Notes: generated from the letters alone by a model not told the origin. A DNA stretch of 64,000 nucleotides from Octopus bimaculoides (GCF_001194135.2 NC_068981.1:79271689-79335688); one strand, 5' to 3'; shown: positions 25,041 through 38,375, numbered from the stretch's first letter. Program-made: numbers and translations.

Positions 25041-26689
25041 ACCAATAGCCGTTAAAGAACTACTGTGGCGCTCAATCCAAGTAATATACAAAAACAGACA
25101 ACTAAGGGGACGGGATCCCAAACTTCCGAGCTGCACCCCCCCCCATACACTATATGACCTCCACAAAACGAAGGAAGGGTATATCTGGAGAAATGGATTT
25201 ATTGTCCCCACTTAGCCGTTACGAACTACGTATATGTGACCCTACCCCCTTAACGACATGCCCGTCGCTAAGGGGGTTGGGTCACTGGATGGCACTGCAT
25301 CTTCACTATTCAATGTGCACCCTCAGATGTAGAAAATACAGCTTACAAAAATCTTCTTGCAGTACACTTATTGAAGTTTGACTAACATGCCTGTCGTTAA
25401 TGAGTGCACTGAGTGGCACTTCCCCCTCACTATTCAATGGTGCACCCTCAAATCAAGAAAATACAGTTTACAAAACTTAGTGCCCACTCAGAATATCCTG
25501 AAGCGCTCCCGGGAACCAAATTCTGGCGACGAGCCTGCTGCTCGATCAATACTGACCAAGCGTTAAACAAGAACTAGATATTCTCACCACCGCTCTAACA
25601 CAAAACCCAAGGAGCCGTGCCGCTGATTAAGAAGCCCTGGGTTTGAAGTTCCCGAGTCTCTGCTAAATAGAATGTAGCCGTAGAATTTCTGTTTTTAAAA
25701 AAGTGGTAGATATGAAGAAATGATAAAAGAAAACACGATATTAAGATGATGATGCATATATTTACTACTTAATTTATTAAATTTGTCGCCAAGCTGGAAG
25801 TCGAGAAACGGGTTTATTGCAATGGTTATTAACAAGCTCTTACGTGTTTGAAAAAACTACCAGTTAGGATTATGGCAAGATTATAGTTCCATGCAAAACT
25901 ATTCTGTGTATGCATCAATCCCCGTAGTGAAAGGGACCAGCAGTCGAAAAAAGGATGTCACTTATGAGGTTTCAGTTCCTCGTTAAAGTAGTGTCATTTA
26001 TTTAGGCACTATTCTTGAGAAAGACGTATGACCCTGAGAAAGACATCATAATGTTTACAATATCCATCGCTTTTAATGTAAAGTTTTAGTATGCCGTCAA
26101 AATAAACTAGTTCCTGTAGCTGGGGGGGGGGGGTCCGAGAAAATAATGATTTCTAAGTTGGCATAAGGCCAACGCTAACCCAACCCTCTTTGCACCATGG
26201 GCCTGTTTCACGCAAAACAATTTCATCACGGAACGAGATGTCATGCGCATAACAAAACACAATAAAGTGCATAATACATACATAAACTTTTAAAATTCAT
26301 TCTTTCTATGCGGACTGTACCAAATGATCCACTAGCTGGTGGATGGGTATCCCTGTTGTAGATGACAGATGTAGTGGTTCACGCAGGTATAGCATGGATT
26401 CGATCCTCGATCGCCAAATTTTACTTAACAGTTCAACAGCACATTTCTCACGGTAAAACAATAGTTTTTCTGTGAGTGACAGCAGTGACAGATGTCTTCG
26501 CTTGGCAGATTAATGTCTTTGCCACTGGACCCTCCTAACCTCTTCTAGGCCACCAAAAGCTAGAATAGAGATAACAGACCGCCAACGAAATCTATTGTTC
26601 TCAACAATATGTCTCTCCTTTGGTTTTGAAGAGTTATAAAAACAAGAACTCCGTAAGCCAAAATCAGTTAGTGAAAACCCCGAGTATGC

Positions 26690-27190
26690 CAGACTTGTTT
26701 GAGAACATACTGGCTGGTTTATACGTGAACTGGTAGCAGAACGGGAGAATTCCCATATCTGTCAGCCGGGGAGTAGTAACACTGATCAGGAAGGACTCGA
26801 GCAAGGGGGATAACATTAATAATTTCAGGCCCATAACTCTGCTAAACACAGAGTTAAAGATTTTGGCCAAGGTGTTAGCCAAGAGAGTGAAGCTTGTCGT
26901 GGGCGACCTGGTGGGAGAGGCGCAGACATGCACCATCCCAGGTAGGACAATACACGACAACCTTCACCTCATACGCTACACTATAGAGAGGGTGGGTATA
27001 ATTTCTGGCAAAGGTGGGGCACTGGTGAATTTAGACCAGTCTAAGGCATTCGATAGTATTGACTATCGGTATCTGGTGGCGGTCCTCCGGGTGGTCGGAC
27101 TGGGCCCGACTTTCCGAGGATGGATCAATGCTATATATAGCGACATTGACTCAGTCTCGAAACTGTTCGTGATCGAGCGTTCAGTTCGCC
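26690..27190 (+). mobile_element. L1/Tx1-clade LINE reverse transcriptase internal fragment
   Basis: RGVVTLIRKD...NINNFRPITLLNTELKILAKVLAKRVK..QTCTIPGRTIHDN..LVNLDQSKAFDSIDY..FVIERSVR, covering the N-terminal RT subdomains. Confidence 0.9.
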
Positions 27191-28294
27191 ATGTATTGAC
27201 AAACAAAAGAAATTAGTTAGTGAGAACCGAGTCTGGCTGTCCGGCGGAACAAAAAGCCGTCTCTAAAGGAAATGGTACAAAGGGACATCTGTGGTAACTC
27301 ACCAACGAAGCAGTTGTTTCCTCCCACCACTCTCACTTTCACTTTCTTTCCTCTGTAATATTACCATATCTCTCTATATATACTACTATGAGATAGTGTA
27401 CACACATACTAGCCGAAATTAACTCTTTACCTAGCATGCTTTTCCATTTACTAGTTATACATACCAACCCGTCGTGGTTTTGGATATATATAAAGTAACG
27501 GTAAGTAAATATTTCTTTACAACTTCGATTATTGTTCTTCTTTCATCTTACAAACCGTTACACTGGGAAACAACATCTTAATCATTGCCGCTACAATTGG
27601 TGACCCTCGACTACAACGAAGAACTAACCGTTACACAGAGTACACAAGATATCATTCTTCAAGCCGAAGTTAAATATTCATATTCTGTCGCTAGCACTGT
27701 TGTCATGGGCAAGTTACTAAACTGTTACTGGCTCATTTCAGCTAACTGTAAATAGGACCATAAGCAGCGTTGTATAATTGGTTCTGCATCGTGTGTATGT
27801 AGTGTTGTACAAGTTTGGTAATATCCTTGCTTTTGCAGCTAAACTGCAGGAAGAGACCCACTTCATATTTCAGGTTGTAAGCAAGTAAAAACAGACAACC
27901 CAACAGCATTCAGACGCCTGCCTCTACAATCTGAATTATAATCGTAACAATCGATTATATACTGGGGAAGATTAAAATGACAATATTCATTCATTGATTC
28001 ATTTATTCACTCTCACCACGCGTGCCTATGCAGTTAAGAAGCTTGTTTTTCAACCATGTGGTTTTGGGTTCAGTTCCATTGCTCGGCGAGTGTCTCCCAC
28101 AATAGCCTCAGGCTGACTAACGCCTTGTGACTGAATTTGGCCGACAGAAACTGAAAGAAACCTGCGGTGTGCGTGTATATTTGCCCTCCGTTGCTTGACA
28201 ACCGGTGCTGGTTTGTTTACATACCCATAAAAAATGAGACAAACAGAATAAGCACCGGACCTTAAAAGAAAATACGTACGGGGTTCGACTAAAC

Positions 28295-29323
28295 CAGCGG
28301 TTCTCAACCGGGGTCCATACGACCTTTGACAGGGTCCATATGACCCTTGGGGAGGGTCCATATAAAATTTTGTTATCAAAATTTACGAGCAATAAATTGG
28401 TTAAAATTCTAGAATACACAAAATATTTGGTATTATTTTATCCTTTCACCCGCACGATTTTCACTAAGAGAAAAAAAGACATCGATTCTTTTGCGTGGAA
28501 TCAAATACGCTGACCTCCTAATATGTTGCAAACCCCTTATTTTTGTTCGCAAGAAAGGTCGGGTGGGAAACCGGACCCCACCATCCCACCCTACCCCATA
28601 TCCCGGAATCNNNNNNNNNNNNNNNNNNNNNNNNNNNNNNNNNNNNNNNNNNNNNNNNNNNNNNNNNNNNNNNNNNNNNNNNNNNNNNNNNNNNNNNNNN
28701 NNNNNNNNNNNNNNNNNNNNNNNNNNNNNNNNNNNNNNNNNNNNNNNNNNNNNNNNNNNNNNNNNNNNNNNNNNNNNNNNNNNNNNNNNNNNNNNNNNNN
28801 NNNNNNNNNNNNNNNNNNNNNNNNNNNNNNNNNNNNNNNNNNNNNNNNNNNNNNNNNNNNNNNNNNNNNNNNNNNNNNNNNNNNNNNNNNNNNNNNNNNN
28901 NNNNNNNNNNNNNNNNNNNNNNNNNNNNNNNNNNNNNNNNNNNNNNNNNNNNNNNNNNNNNNNNNNNNNNNNNNNNNNNNNNNNNNNNNNNNNNNNNNNN
29001 NNNNNNNNGGATTCAAAATTCAAAGAAGTTTGAAATGAATAAGTGAAAATGCAGAGATTAGTTGTAACGTAGTGTGTGGAGAGATAACGAACGGTAAATT
29101 CATCTAAAAAAAAACACGTTAGAGTTTTTGCATGTATGTATGAAACGAAGCAAAAGTATAATATTAAAACAAATATATCTTTTCCCTACATCTTAAAATC
29201 ACTGGATATAATATTTATAATAATCCCGGGTTGCAGAATAGATTTGAAAAACTAAAGCATTTTCCCTTTGCAATTTTTGGCGCCGAAATGAGTTTCCTTT
29301 TTGTGTGGAGAGAGAGAGAGAGG

Positions 29324-29358
<35 letters not shown>

Positions 29359-30872
29359 GAAGTTTAACTAAACTTTGAATGGTGTAACAATATATCATAA
29401 TTATATATATCATTATACATCATCGTCCTCATTTAACGTCTGCTTTCCATGTTGGCATGGGTTGTACGGTTTAACTGAGGACTGGCAAACCAGGAGGCTA
29501 CAATCAGGCTCCAGTCTGTTCTGGCAAGGTTTCTACAGTTGGATACCCTTCCTAACGCCAACCACTCCGAGAGTGTAGTGGGTGCTTTTTAAGTGCCACT
29601 GGCACGATGGCCAGTCGGATGGCACTGGCATCGACCGCGCCAGTGCTAGCGGCACGTAAAAAGCACCATTCGAGCGTGATCGATGCCAGTGCCATCCGAC
29701 ATGGAAAGCAGACGTTAAACGATGATGATGTTGATGATAATAATATATAATAATATATATAATTATGATATATTGTTACACTATTCAAAGTTTAGGTAAA
29801 CTTCGTCACCCCCTCACTCTCACTCTTTTTCTCTCTCTCTCTCCCTCCCCACACACAAAAATGAAACTCATTGCGACGCCAAAAGTTGCAAAGGGAAAAT
29901 GCTTTAGTTTTTCAAATCTATTCTGCAACCCGGGATTATTATATATATTATATCCAGTGATTTTAAGATGTAGGGAAAAGATATATTTGTTTTAATATTA
30001 TACTTTTGCTTCGTTTCACACATACATGCAAAAACTCTAACGTGTTTTTTTTAGATGAATTTACCGTTCGTTATCTCTCCATACACTACGTTACCACTAA
30101 TTTCTATAACCTCTACATTTTCACTTATTCATTTCAAACTTCTTTGAATTTTCAATCTAATGTAATCCACACTCTCTCGAAAATGTATTTCTGCAAAATG
30201 TTATCTAAAATTATGGGTAAAGAAAGAAATAGCCAAAAATATTTGAAAATGAGGTGAGGGTGAAATTTCCGAGGGTTCCACCCCGCCCCGTTTTCCGGGC
30301 CCCAAAAAAGGCTTTTGTAGCGTATTNNNNNNNNNNNNNNNNNNNNNNNNNNNNNNNNNNNNNNNNGGTCAGGGTACTTGATTCCATGCAAAAAATCCAT
30401 GTTTTTTTTTTTTCTTAGTGAAAGTCGTGCGGGTGAAAGGATCAATGGGGATGGAATTTCCGAGGCTTCCACCTCAATCCACCCCGTTTTCTTGACCCAA
30501 AAAACGTTTTTGTGGCATATTAGGTCACCGGAATTCATTCAACGAAAAAAAGAAAAATTTCCTGGGATTTGGGAGTGGGTCCGGTTCCCCCGCTTTTTTT
30601 TTTTTTTCCAAACAAAAATAAGAGGTCTGCAGCATATTAGGAGGTCAGGGTACTTGATTCCACGCAAAAAAATCCAAGGTTTTTTTTTTTCTTTGTGAAA
30701 ATCGTGCGGGTAAAAGGATCTAAATTTACCAAATATTTTGACAATTTTTTAATACACTTTCTATTTAATCATAAAAATATGCGATTTTTAAACATCGTAT
30801 AGTCATGAACGTCTATGCAAGTAAAACAGAAATCAAAAGGGTTCATAAGTAAAAACTGGTTGAGAACCGCAG
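28295..30872 (+). mobile_element. hAT MITE interrupted by the foldback element
   Basis: TIRs CAGCGGTTCTCAACC / GGTTGAGAACCGCAG with an 8-bp TSD GACTAAAC / GACTATAC. An inverted copy of the same MITE lies at 33833-34295. Confidence 0.8.
28429..30730. mobile_element. Foldback-type element (~2.3 kb, long inverted arms, 8-bp TSD)
   Basis: AAATATTT flanks both ends (28421-28428 and 30731-30738). Ends read GGT...ACC. Arms 28429-29460 and 29697-30730 are reverse complements wherever sequence is available. Confidence 0.75.
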
Positions 30873-31143
30873 GACTATACTTGGCAAGGCGATGCTCCAG
30901 TCCTATACCTGAAGCAAGCAACAGATATGTCAAATTTCAATTAACTCGAGAATCCATAGAGACAGCTCAAGGGAGATAACCCCAAAGTCCACTAGAACTA
31001 ATACTAAGTTTAGTCGCTTGATGGCGTTTAATTCGTCGTTGTTCCAGCTGAATCTTAATTGGTGTTGTTTTTGATGTGGACGTTAATTACAAAAATTAAA
31101 TAAATTAATTAAAAGCGAACGTTAAATGAGAAAACCATAAATT

Positions 31144-31262
31144 ATGGTAAAACTCACCAATTTCCCTCCACCAACTGAAGGTATTCATTGCGAACAACCT
31201 GATGTAGAAGTATTCGTGCAGAAAAAATCTCTTGGATTAGGTAAACTCTATGTTGCTGAAAG
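31144..31262 (+). CDS. CLNS1A: Methylosome subunit pICln, exon 1
   Basis: MVKLTNFPPPTEGIHCEQPDVEVFVQKKSLGLGKLYVAE resembles human pICln MSFLKSFPPP..EG....QPDTE......GLGTGTLYIAES (recalled). Donor AG|GTATAT, phase 2. Confidence 0.95.
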
Positions 31263-31826
31263 GTATATTAAATATATAATAGCTTATCTGAAGTTATTTT
31301 TGTTATTTGCTGTTGTTTTCACACATATTAGGAGAGAAAAAAAAAAAGAAAAAAAAGCTTTATTATATATACGTATCCATATTAGCAACTTTTCTCTCCT
31401 TCATAAACTTAATAATTTGGTTGTATGTGTGTTAACTTTTGTCGTTCCTTCATCCCATTTTCGATTCCAGCTTTTCGCTACTAGAATATTTACCTCGTGT
31501 TTAAGTTCTCTTCTAATACTCCGTGTTGTTTTCATCGTTCTCTATAGTTTGATAGGTTATTTCCTACACGTTTTATTAATGGAAGCTTTAGTTTGTTCCA
31601 ATGAATATACTATAATACTCAAAATAGCATGCGTTTATGTAATTAACTGCAATAACAAAGCTTTTATCTCTCGCTCTATCTATCTATCTATATATATATA
31701 TATATATATATAAATTAAAAACGTACTCTAAAATTTACTTTACCTACACAATTATCAAGTTTCACCCCCACCACTATCTAGCATATACAGGTGCTTGCAA
31801 TTATCAAGTATTACCTCTAAAATATC

Positions 31827-31860
<34 letters not shown>

Positions 31861-33832
31861 TATGTATGTATATATATTTCTGGAGTTGATTGTGAAAAGT
31901 AGTATTTTCGGACGTATGCTAAAGATGTTGGAAAGATTTGAGAATTTTGAGCCTCACAAGCTCGGTAAACAGTCGTCAAAAGGAGGCCACATCACGATGT
32001 AAGTATCTAAAAATATTATGCAAGATACGGTTAGCATATTTATATCAACATGTCATCAGTCTGATGGTAGTCTTACCGCTTACCGCCACACGTGGTAAGA
32101 TGATAGCCTCATTGATGAAATGCCGACACAAATATACTACTTTCTGTACAACTGCAAAACTCTGCTGATGAATTAGTGATTCTACAATAATTGTCCATCA
32201 CACGTTGAGTTCTGTTTGAATACTGATCAACTTGATCTTTGAATCAAATTTACCTAATAACACATGTATGGGGTGGGGGATAACCTATGGTTGATATTAC
32301 ATATATTTTAAAACAGTTGTATTTCTTCATATGCATACGCTTAAATATAATACCTGTGTCTGATTTATACTCTTACATAAAGCATCAATTAATATTAACT
32401 CATAAAAAGGCGGCAAAGTCGGTAACACGCCGGACAAAATACCTTGCGGCATTTCGTCCGTCTTTTCGTTCTGAGTTCAAATTCTGCCGAAATCGACTTT
32501 GTCTTTCATCCTTTCGGGGTCGATAAAATAAGTACCAGTTGATCATGGGGATCGATGCAATCGACTTACTCCCTCCCCCGAAATTGCTGGCCTTGTGCCA
32601 AACTTTTAAACCAATATATCTCGTAAACAAACGTGCACACTTTCATTTTGTAATGACACTTCATAAAAATCAGTTAACTTTTAACTATATTTTGAACTAT
32701 ATCTTATGTATTATGAAGTTGAGTTGTTGTACATGTGATTAAAAGCATTACTCATTGAATTTGAAATGCAGCAGATATTGTGCTTGTCTAACATTGAAAT
32801 AGCCATTTTACTGAATTGCCTTAACTGATTCTTGCGTTAACTCTTTAGGATTTAAACCGGTCCTATCTAGCCCATATATTCTATTTTATGCTGAAACCGG
32901 CTAGATCCATCCTCTCACACCTACTTTGCAATATCATTCTAAAAATAAACAATTACACCATGTAGCTACAAGATAATGCATGATTAATTGAAAACAATGT
33001 GAATAAATAAACATTACATTTGAATGAGTAATCTGAATGCTAAAGTCTTTAATTACTCATTTTTATAATGAACACTGAAAATATTTTATATTTAATAATT
33101 AATATTTAATTTTGGCTGGGTTGACATTTTTAATTTCCCACCCAGACAACTTCCTTGTTTCAGATGAATGAAAAATGTGTTTCTTATTCATGCTGACATG
33201 GAAAAATAAACATTAAAAACTAGTAATGCAATGCATGAGGCTCTACATCGGTAGTTCTCAACTGGGACCATATAAGATTTTGGGGGTCCACACAAGCAAA
33301 ATAGTAATTTGGGAGTATACAGTGATATTTTAAGGGCTCATTCTTTAGGTGTATTTATTGCAAGAAACAGCTAGGTTTCTGGCCACTGAAAAATGTAACC
33401 TCGAGCCTTGTAAGTGGATTTGGTAGATGGAGGCTGAAAGAAGCTTGTTGTGTAAGTATATATGTGTCTTTGTGTCTGAATTTGCCCGTCCCCACCACCA
33501 CCATTGCTTGACCACTGATAATAGTTTGTTTATATCCCTGTAACCGATAGAATAAGTACTAGGCTTACAAAGAATAAGTCTTTGGGTCAATTTCTTCAAC
33601 TAAAACCCTTTAAGTTGGTGCTCCAACATGGCCATGGTCAAATGACTGAAACATGTAAAAGAAGGAATGTCAGTATAAGAAAACGGTTGTAGAACCAAGG
33701 ATGATCTCTTGCTGCAGTTTCTCTAAGTAATACGCTGTGTTGCAAGCAGGTCTCCACATCTAAGGATATCTTCCTCCCACCAGTGTCTGAGGTTCTGAAA
33801 AGAGACAATAGGCTGCCCTTCTTCCTCTAAAG

Positions 33833-34295
33833 CAGTGTTTTTCAACCAGTTTTCACCTATGGACTGCTTTGATTTCTATTTTACTCAGATGGACCCTTCT
33901 AGCCATTCAATATTTTAAAAATCATGAAAGCAGCGAGCTGGCAGAAATGTTAGCATGCTAGGTGAAATGCTTCGCAGTATTTTGTCTGCCTTTACGTTCT
34001 GAGTTCAAATTCTGCCGAGGTTGACTTTGCCTTTCATCCTTTCGGGGTCAATAAATTAAGTACCTGTTGTGTACTGGGGTCGATCTAACCATCTGGCCTC
34101 CTCCCCCAAAATTTCAGGCCTTGTGCCTAGAGTAGAAAAAATATTTAAAAAATCATATATCTTCATGAATAAATTTTATTAGGAATTGTATAAGAAAATT
34201 GTTTAAATATTTTGTGTATTGCAGAAATATAACCAATTTATTAAAGATGAATTTTAACAACAAAATCTTATATGAACCCCAGTTGAGAACCACTG
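33833..34295 (-). mobile_element. hAT MITE in CLNS1A intron 1 with a family A SINE inserted
   Basis: TIRs CAGTGTTTTTCAACCAG / GTTGAGAACCACTG, TSD CTCTAAAG / CTCTAAAC. The SINE is at about 33925-34135. Confidence 0.8.
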
Positions 34296-34933
34296 CTCTA
34301 AACATTAAAAATATACATGAATAGCATGGCTGAGCAATTGAGAAGTAGTTACAGGTTCAATCCTAATGCATGGCATCTTGGGCAAGTGCATTTGCATAGC
34401 CTCAGGTTGATACAAGCGTTTTGTAGGGAGAATTTCATCATCGTCGTTTAACGTCTGCTTTCCATGCTAGCATGGGTTGGACGATTTGACTGAGGACTGG
34501 TGAACCAGATGGCTGCACCAGGCTCCAATCTGATCTAGCAGAGTTTCTACGGCTGGATGCCCTTCCTAATGCCAACCACTCCAAGAGTGGATAGGCAAAA
34601 ACTGTATAGAAATTTGTTTGAAGAACTGTTTGTAATTCAAAGATTGACTTTGTCACACTATTTATAATTGAGAATTACATGTGTTTGTGGATTATTCGGT
34701 CACTTTGCAAGCTAATTCAATGAGCTGGTTGTCCAGTGAATCAAACATTATATTCATTGTCTCTATCTCCCTCCTCCTCTCTCTCTCTCTCACTCTCTCT
34801 CTCAGACATAGGTCTACATTCGCTTTTCTCAGTATCTCACTGATAACATGTCAAAAATCATACTAAGATACCAAGTAAAGCTTTTTTCTAGACAAATATT
34901 TAAATAACACATATTCTTGTATTGTTTTTTTAG

Positions 34934-35073
34934 TCGGCTTTCATGGGTTGGCTATGAAGATAACAAAGGTTTTTCCATAGAATATCCAGCTATATCTGTG
35001 CATGGAGTTTCTAAAGACCAGTCTAATTTTCCTCGCCCTTGTATTTATATGATCATCAACTGCCTTTTAGATG
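34934..35073 (+). CDS. CLNS1A: pICln exon 2
   Basis: Acceptor TTTTTTTAG. Reads (S)RLSWVGYEDNKGFSIEYPAISVHGVSKDQSNFPRPCIYMIINCLLD. Donor G|GTAAGT. Confidence 0.96.
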
Positions 35074-35427
35074 GTAAGTACTTGTTATTTATTAATCCTT
35101 ATTAAATTTTTTTTATTTAATATATAATAGATGCAGACATCTATTCAAATCTGCATTGTCTTAATTATTGAAAAATTTCAAGCAACCGACCTTATTAGAG
35201 TTATCTCCCTTGTTTGGTGTTTTCGGGTTTAAAACACATCCAGGAATTCTTGTCGTTTACTTGAATAATCTCGATTAAAGTTTTTCGACATGCTGTGTTT
35301 GAGAAAACAAAGTTATGTCCCTTCGTTTGGAACTTATCGAAATAGCTACAATAACAGTTGACGTATGATGATTTCTCATATGACATCTTTAATGTTTTAA
35401 TTCAAAACTTTATTCTTTACTTTTTAG

Positions 35428-35517
35428 ATGATGACACAAACAATGAAAATCAATCAGAAAATGATGATGATGATGATTTGACTGAGATACATTTAGTACC
35501 TCAGGACTCAGGTACAT
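35428..35517 (+). CDS. CLNS1A: pICln exon 3 (acidic loop)
   Basis: Acceptor CTTTTTAG. Reads (D)DDTNNENQSENDDDDDLTEIHLVPQDSGT. Donor T|GTAAGT. Confidence 0.93.
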
Positions 35518-36098
35518 GTAAGTGTTAACATTTCTGTCAAATCAATTAAGTGTTGTTTAAGTATAGGCAATGGTACATCTCTAGTTTGTTTTGTAACAAC
35601 ATTATTTCATGTACAGTCCCACATTGTAACACCATGAGCAAGTATAAGTGGATTAGGAAACTGGAAACTGAATGGAAACCCATTGTATACATATATGCAT
35701 GTGTTCTATCTGTATGTGAATATATATGTCAATTTTAACATTGCATAGCATAACTGCTCCACTCTGCTCTTTAGAAGATTGTCATCATTTAACGTCCACC
35801 TTCCATGCTGGTATGGGTTGGACGGTTTGACCAGAGCTGGCTAGGCAGGAACCTGCACCAGACTTCTGTGTTTGTTTTGGCATGATTTTTACAGTTGGAT
35901 GCCCTTCCAAATGCCAATCACTTTATAGTGTCGACTCTATGGGATACGAAAAACCCTTACTGGAAACGCAAGGTATAGTTGGCAACAAAAAGAACATCTG
36001 GCTATAATCCATGCTAGCATGGAAAAATGGATGTTAAATGAACGAATGAATACAAAAGATCTTTCAATTGAGTTAAATATTGTTTTTCTCTCTTGCAG

Positions 36099-36200
36099 TA
36101 AATTTAATATTCCAAACGCTTTCAACTTGTTCAGCTCTGCATCCAGATGAAAACCAGCTGATAGATTCTGAATTTGAAGATGTAGACGAGGAAGATGAGA
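36099..36200 (+). CDS. CLNS1A: pICln exon 4
   Basis: Acceptor CTCTCTTGCAG. Reads (L)NLIFQTLSTCSALHPDENQLIDSEFEDVDEEDE, matching the C..LHPD motif. Donor A|GTAAGA. Confidence 0.94.
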
Positions 36201-38240
36201 GTAAGAGGACATTTGTTTTTAATATTTAATGTTTTAAAAATATATTTTTGTGAGCATAAATCATTTCAACCTGATATTGTCAATGTTATTGGCACTCCAT
36301 CAGGATGATGACGAGGGTTCCAGTTGATCCAATCAACAGAGCAACTTGCTTGTAAAATTAACATGCAAGTGGCTGAGCACTTCACAGACATGTGTACCCT
36401 TAACATAGTTCTCAGGTAGATTCGGCATGTCACAGAATGTATCAAAGCTGACCCTTTGAAATATAAGTATTACTCATTTTTACCAGCTGAATGAACTGGA
36501 GCAACGTGAAATAAAGTGTCTTGCTCAAGGATGCAATGCACTACTGGGAATTGAACTCACAAACCTTACAATTGGTAGCCGAATACCCGTGCTCACTAAG
36601 CCATGTGCCTTCACTCAGTATTGTCAAAATAATGCAAAGTATATTCTTATAAGGTACCAGATCATTTGTGCATCTCTAAAGACTTCATATTTATGTTGGT
36701 ATTCAAAAGAGGACACACCAGAAAGATTTACTGCTTTTGTCAAGTCCATTGTAGACTTTAAGGCCTGTATTACAAGTTAATAAAATATTTATAGTGCTTC
36801 ATCATCAGTCCATTGCTTACATTGGTAAATTTACATGGTACAGCTAGTCTGACTAGACTACTGTGAGTCTAGTTTCTTAGCATTTGGTACAATTTAGCAA
36901 CAGTAACAGATGATCCTGATTCACTAACCTTTTTCCCAGAAGCCAAGAAACAATTGTTTTCTTGACCAGATGTCATTCTCAGAAACATGGATGGGTGATG
37001 GAAAATATGCAATTTAAATGTTTTTTATTTATCATTAGAAAGCTTATAGCTGACTGGGTCTAGTTCAAGTGGCACACATATTATAAACAAAAATACATTA
37101 AAAAATGTAGATCTGGTTTAATGGATATTATGTAGACTAAAAATATAGAGGGTGTCTGTAAATGACTTGTTGAAAACAATCTGGTGAAATGAGTTTGCTT
37201 TTTTTCTTTCATGTTTTTTTTATGAGTGCTCTAGTGTGGCTGTCTTGTTAAAAGCTTGCTTCTCAACCACGTGGTTCTGGGTTCAATCCCACTGCATGGC
37301 ACCTGGGGCAAGTGTTTTCTACTGTAGCTTTGGCCCAACCAAAGTCTTGTGAGTGGATTTGGTAGACAGAAACTGAAAGAAGCCCGTCATATGTGTGTGT
37401 GTATACATATGTGTGTCTTTGTGTCTATCTTTGTTACCCATCCCTGCTTGACAACTGGTGTTGGTGTGTTTTCATCCCCATAACATAGCAGTTCAGCAAA
37501 AAAAGACCGATAGTATAAGTGCTAGGCTTAAGAAATAAGTCCTGGGGTCGATTTGTTCGACTAAAACTCTTCAAGGTGGTGCTTCAGCATGGCCACAGTC
37601 AAATGACTGAAACAAGTAAAAGAATAAAAAGCCATAACCTCATGCCAAACTTCCACATCCTGCATCTCCCCAAGCTAATAGATACAGCTGATGCTTATCT
37701 TCTTTGCTCTTGAGATGTGGACTTGTGACTGTAAGAAGGTTACATAACTTTGATGTAATTTATACTAGACAATACTCCTCATCGTTTAACGTCCGCTTTC
37801 CATGCTAGCATGGGTTGGACGATTTGACTGAGGACTGGTGAACCAGATGGCTACACCAGGCTCCAATCTGATTTGGTAGAATTTCAACAGCTGGATGCCC
37901 TTCCTAACGCCAACCACTCCAAGAGTGTAATGGGTGCTTTTACGTGCCACTGGCACGAAGGCCTGTCAGGCGGTACTGGCAACGGCCACGCTCAAAATGG
38001 TGTATTTTACGTGCCACCTGCACAGGAGCCAGTCCAGTGGCACTGGCAATAATCTCGCTTGAATGCCTTTACTCGTGCCAAGAAGGCGACGCTGGGCACA
38101 GGTGCCATCACAAGTGAATTTAGTATTTCTTTTGTGTTTTTTTTAAAGCTCAAAATAGCTCTTCCAGAATGTAATTGCTTATTTTATTATTTGATAATGT
38201 TAAACATTATTTTTCATTTTCTGTTTCAACTTTTGTTTAG

Positions 38241-38375
38241 CTGATGAAATTGTTGACTATGAGGAGAGTGCAAACAGTCTTTCTAACCTGTCTATCCGAG
38301 GCCAAGAAACTTTACAGCATCTAGAAAATATTTTTATAGACAGTAGCCATTCTACAAATGGCGTTTTAACTTCAG
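38241..38375 (+). CDS. CLNS1A: pICln exon 5
   Basis: Acceptor TTTTGTTTAG. Reads (T)DEIVDYEESANSLSNLSIRGQETLQHLENIFIDSSHSTNGVLTS, matching LS.L...GQ.TL..LE. Donor G|GTATTT. Confidence 0.93.

Noticed and set aside
31144-31713. 189-aa ORF as a complete protein
   Set aside because: Similarity to pICln stops at the GT donor at 31263; the rest is intron 1 read-through.
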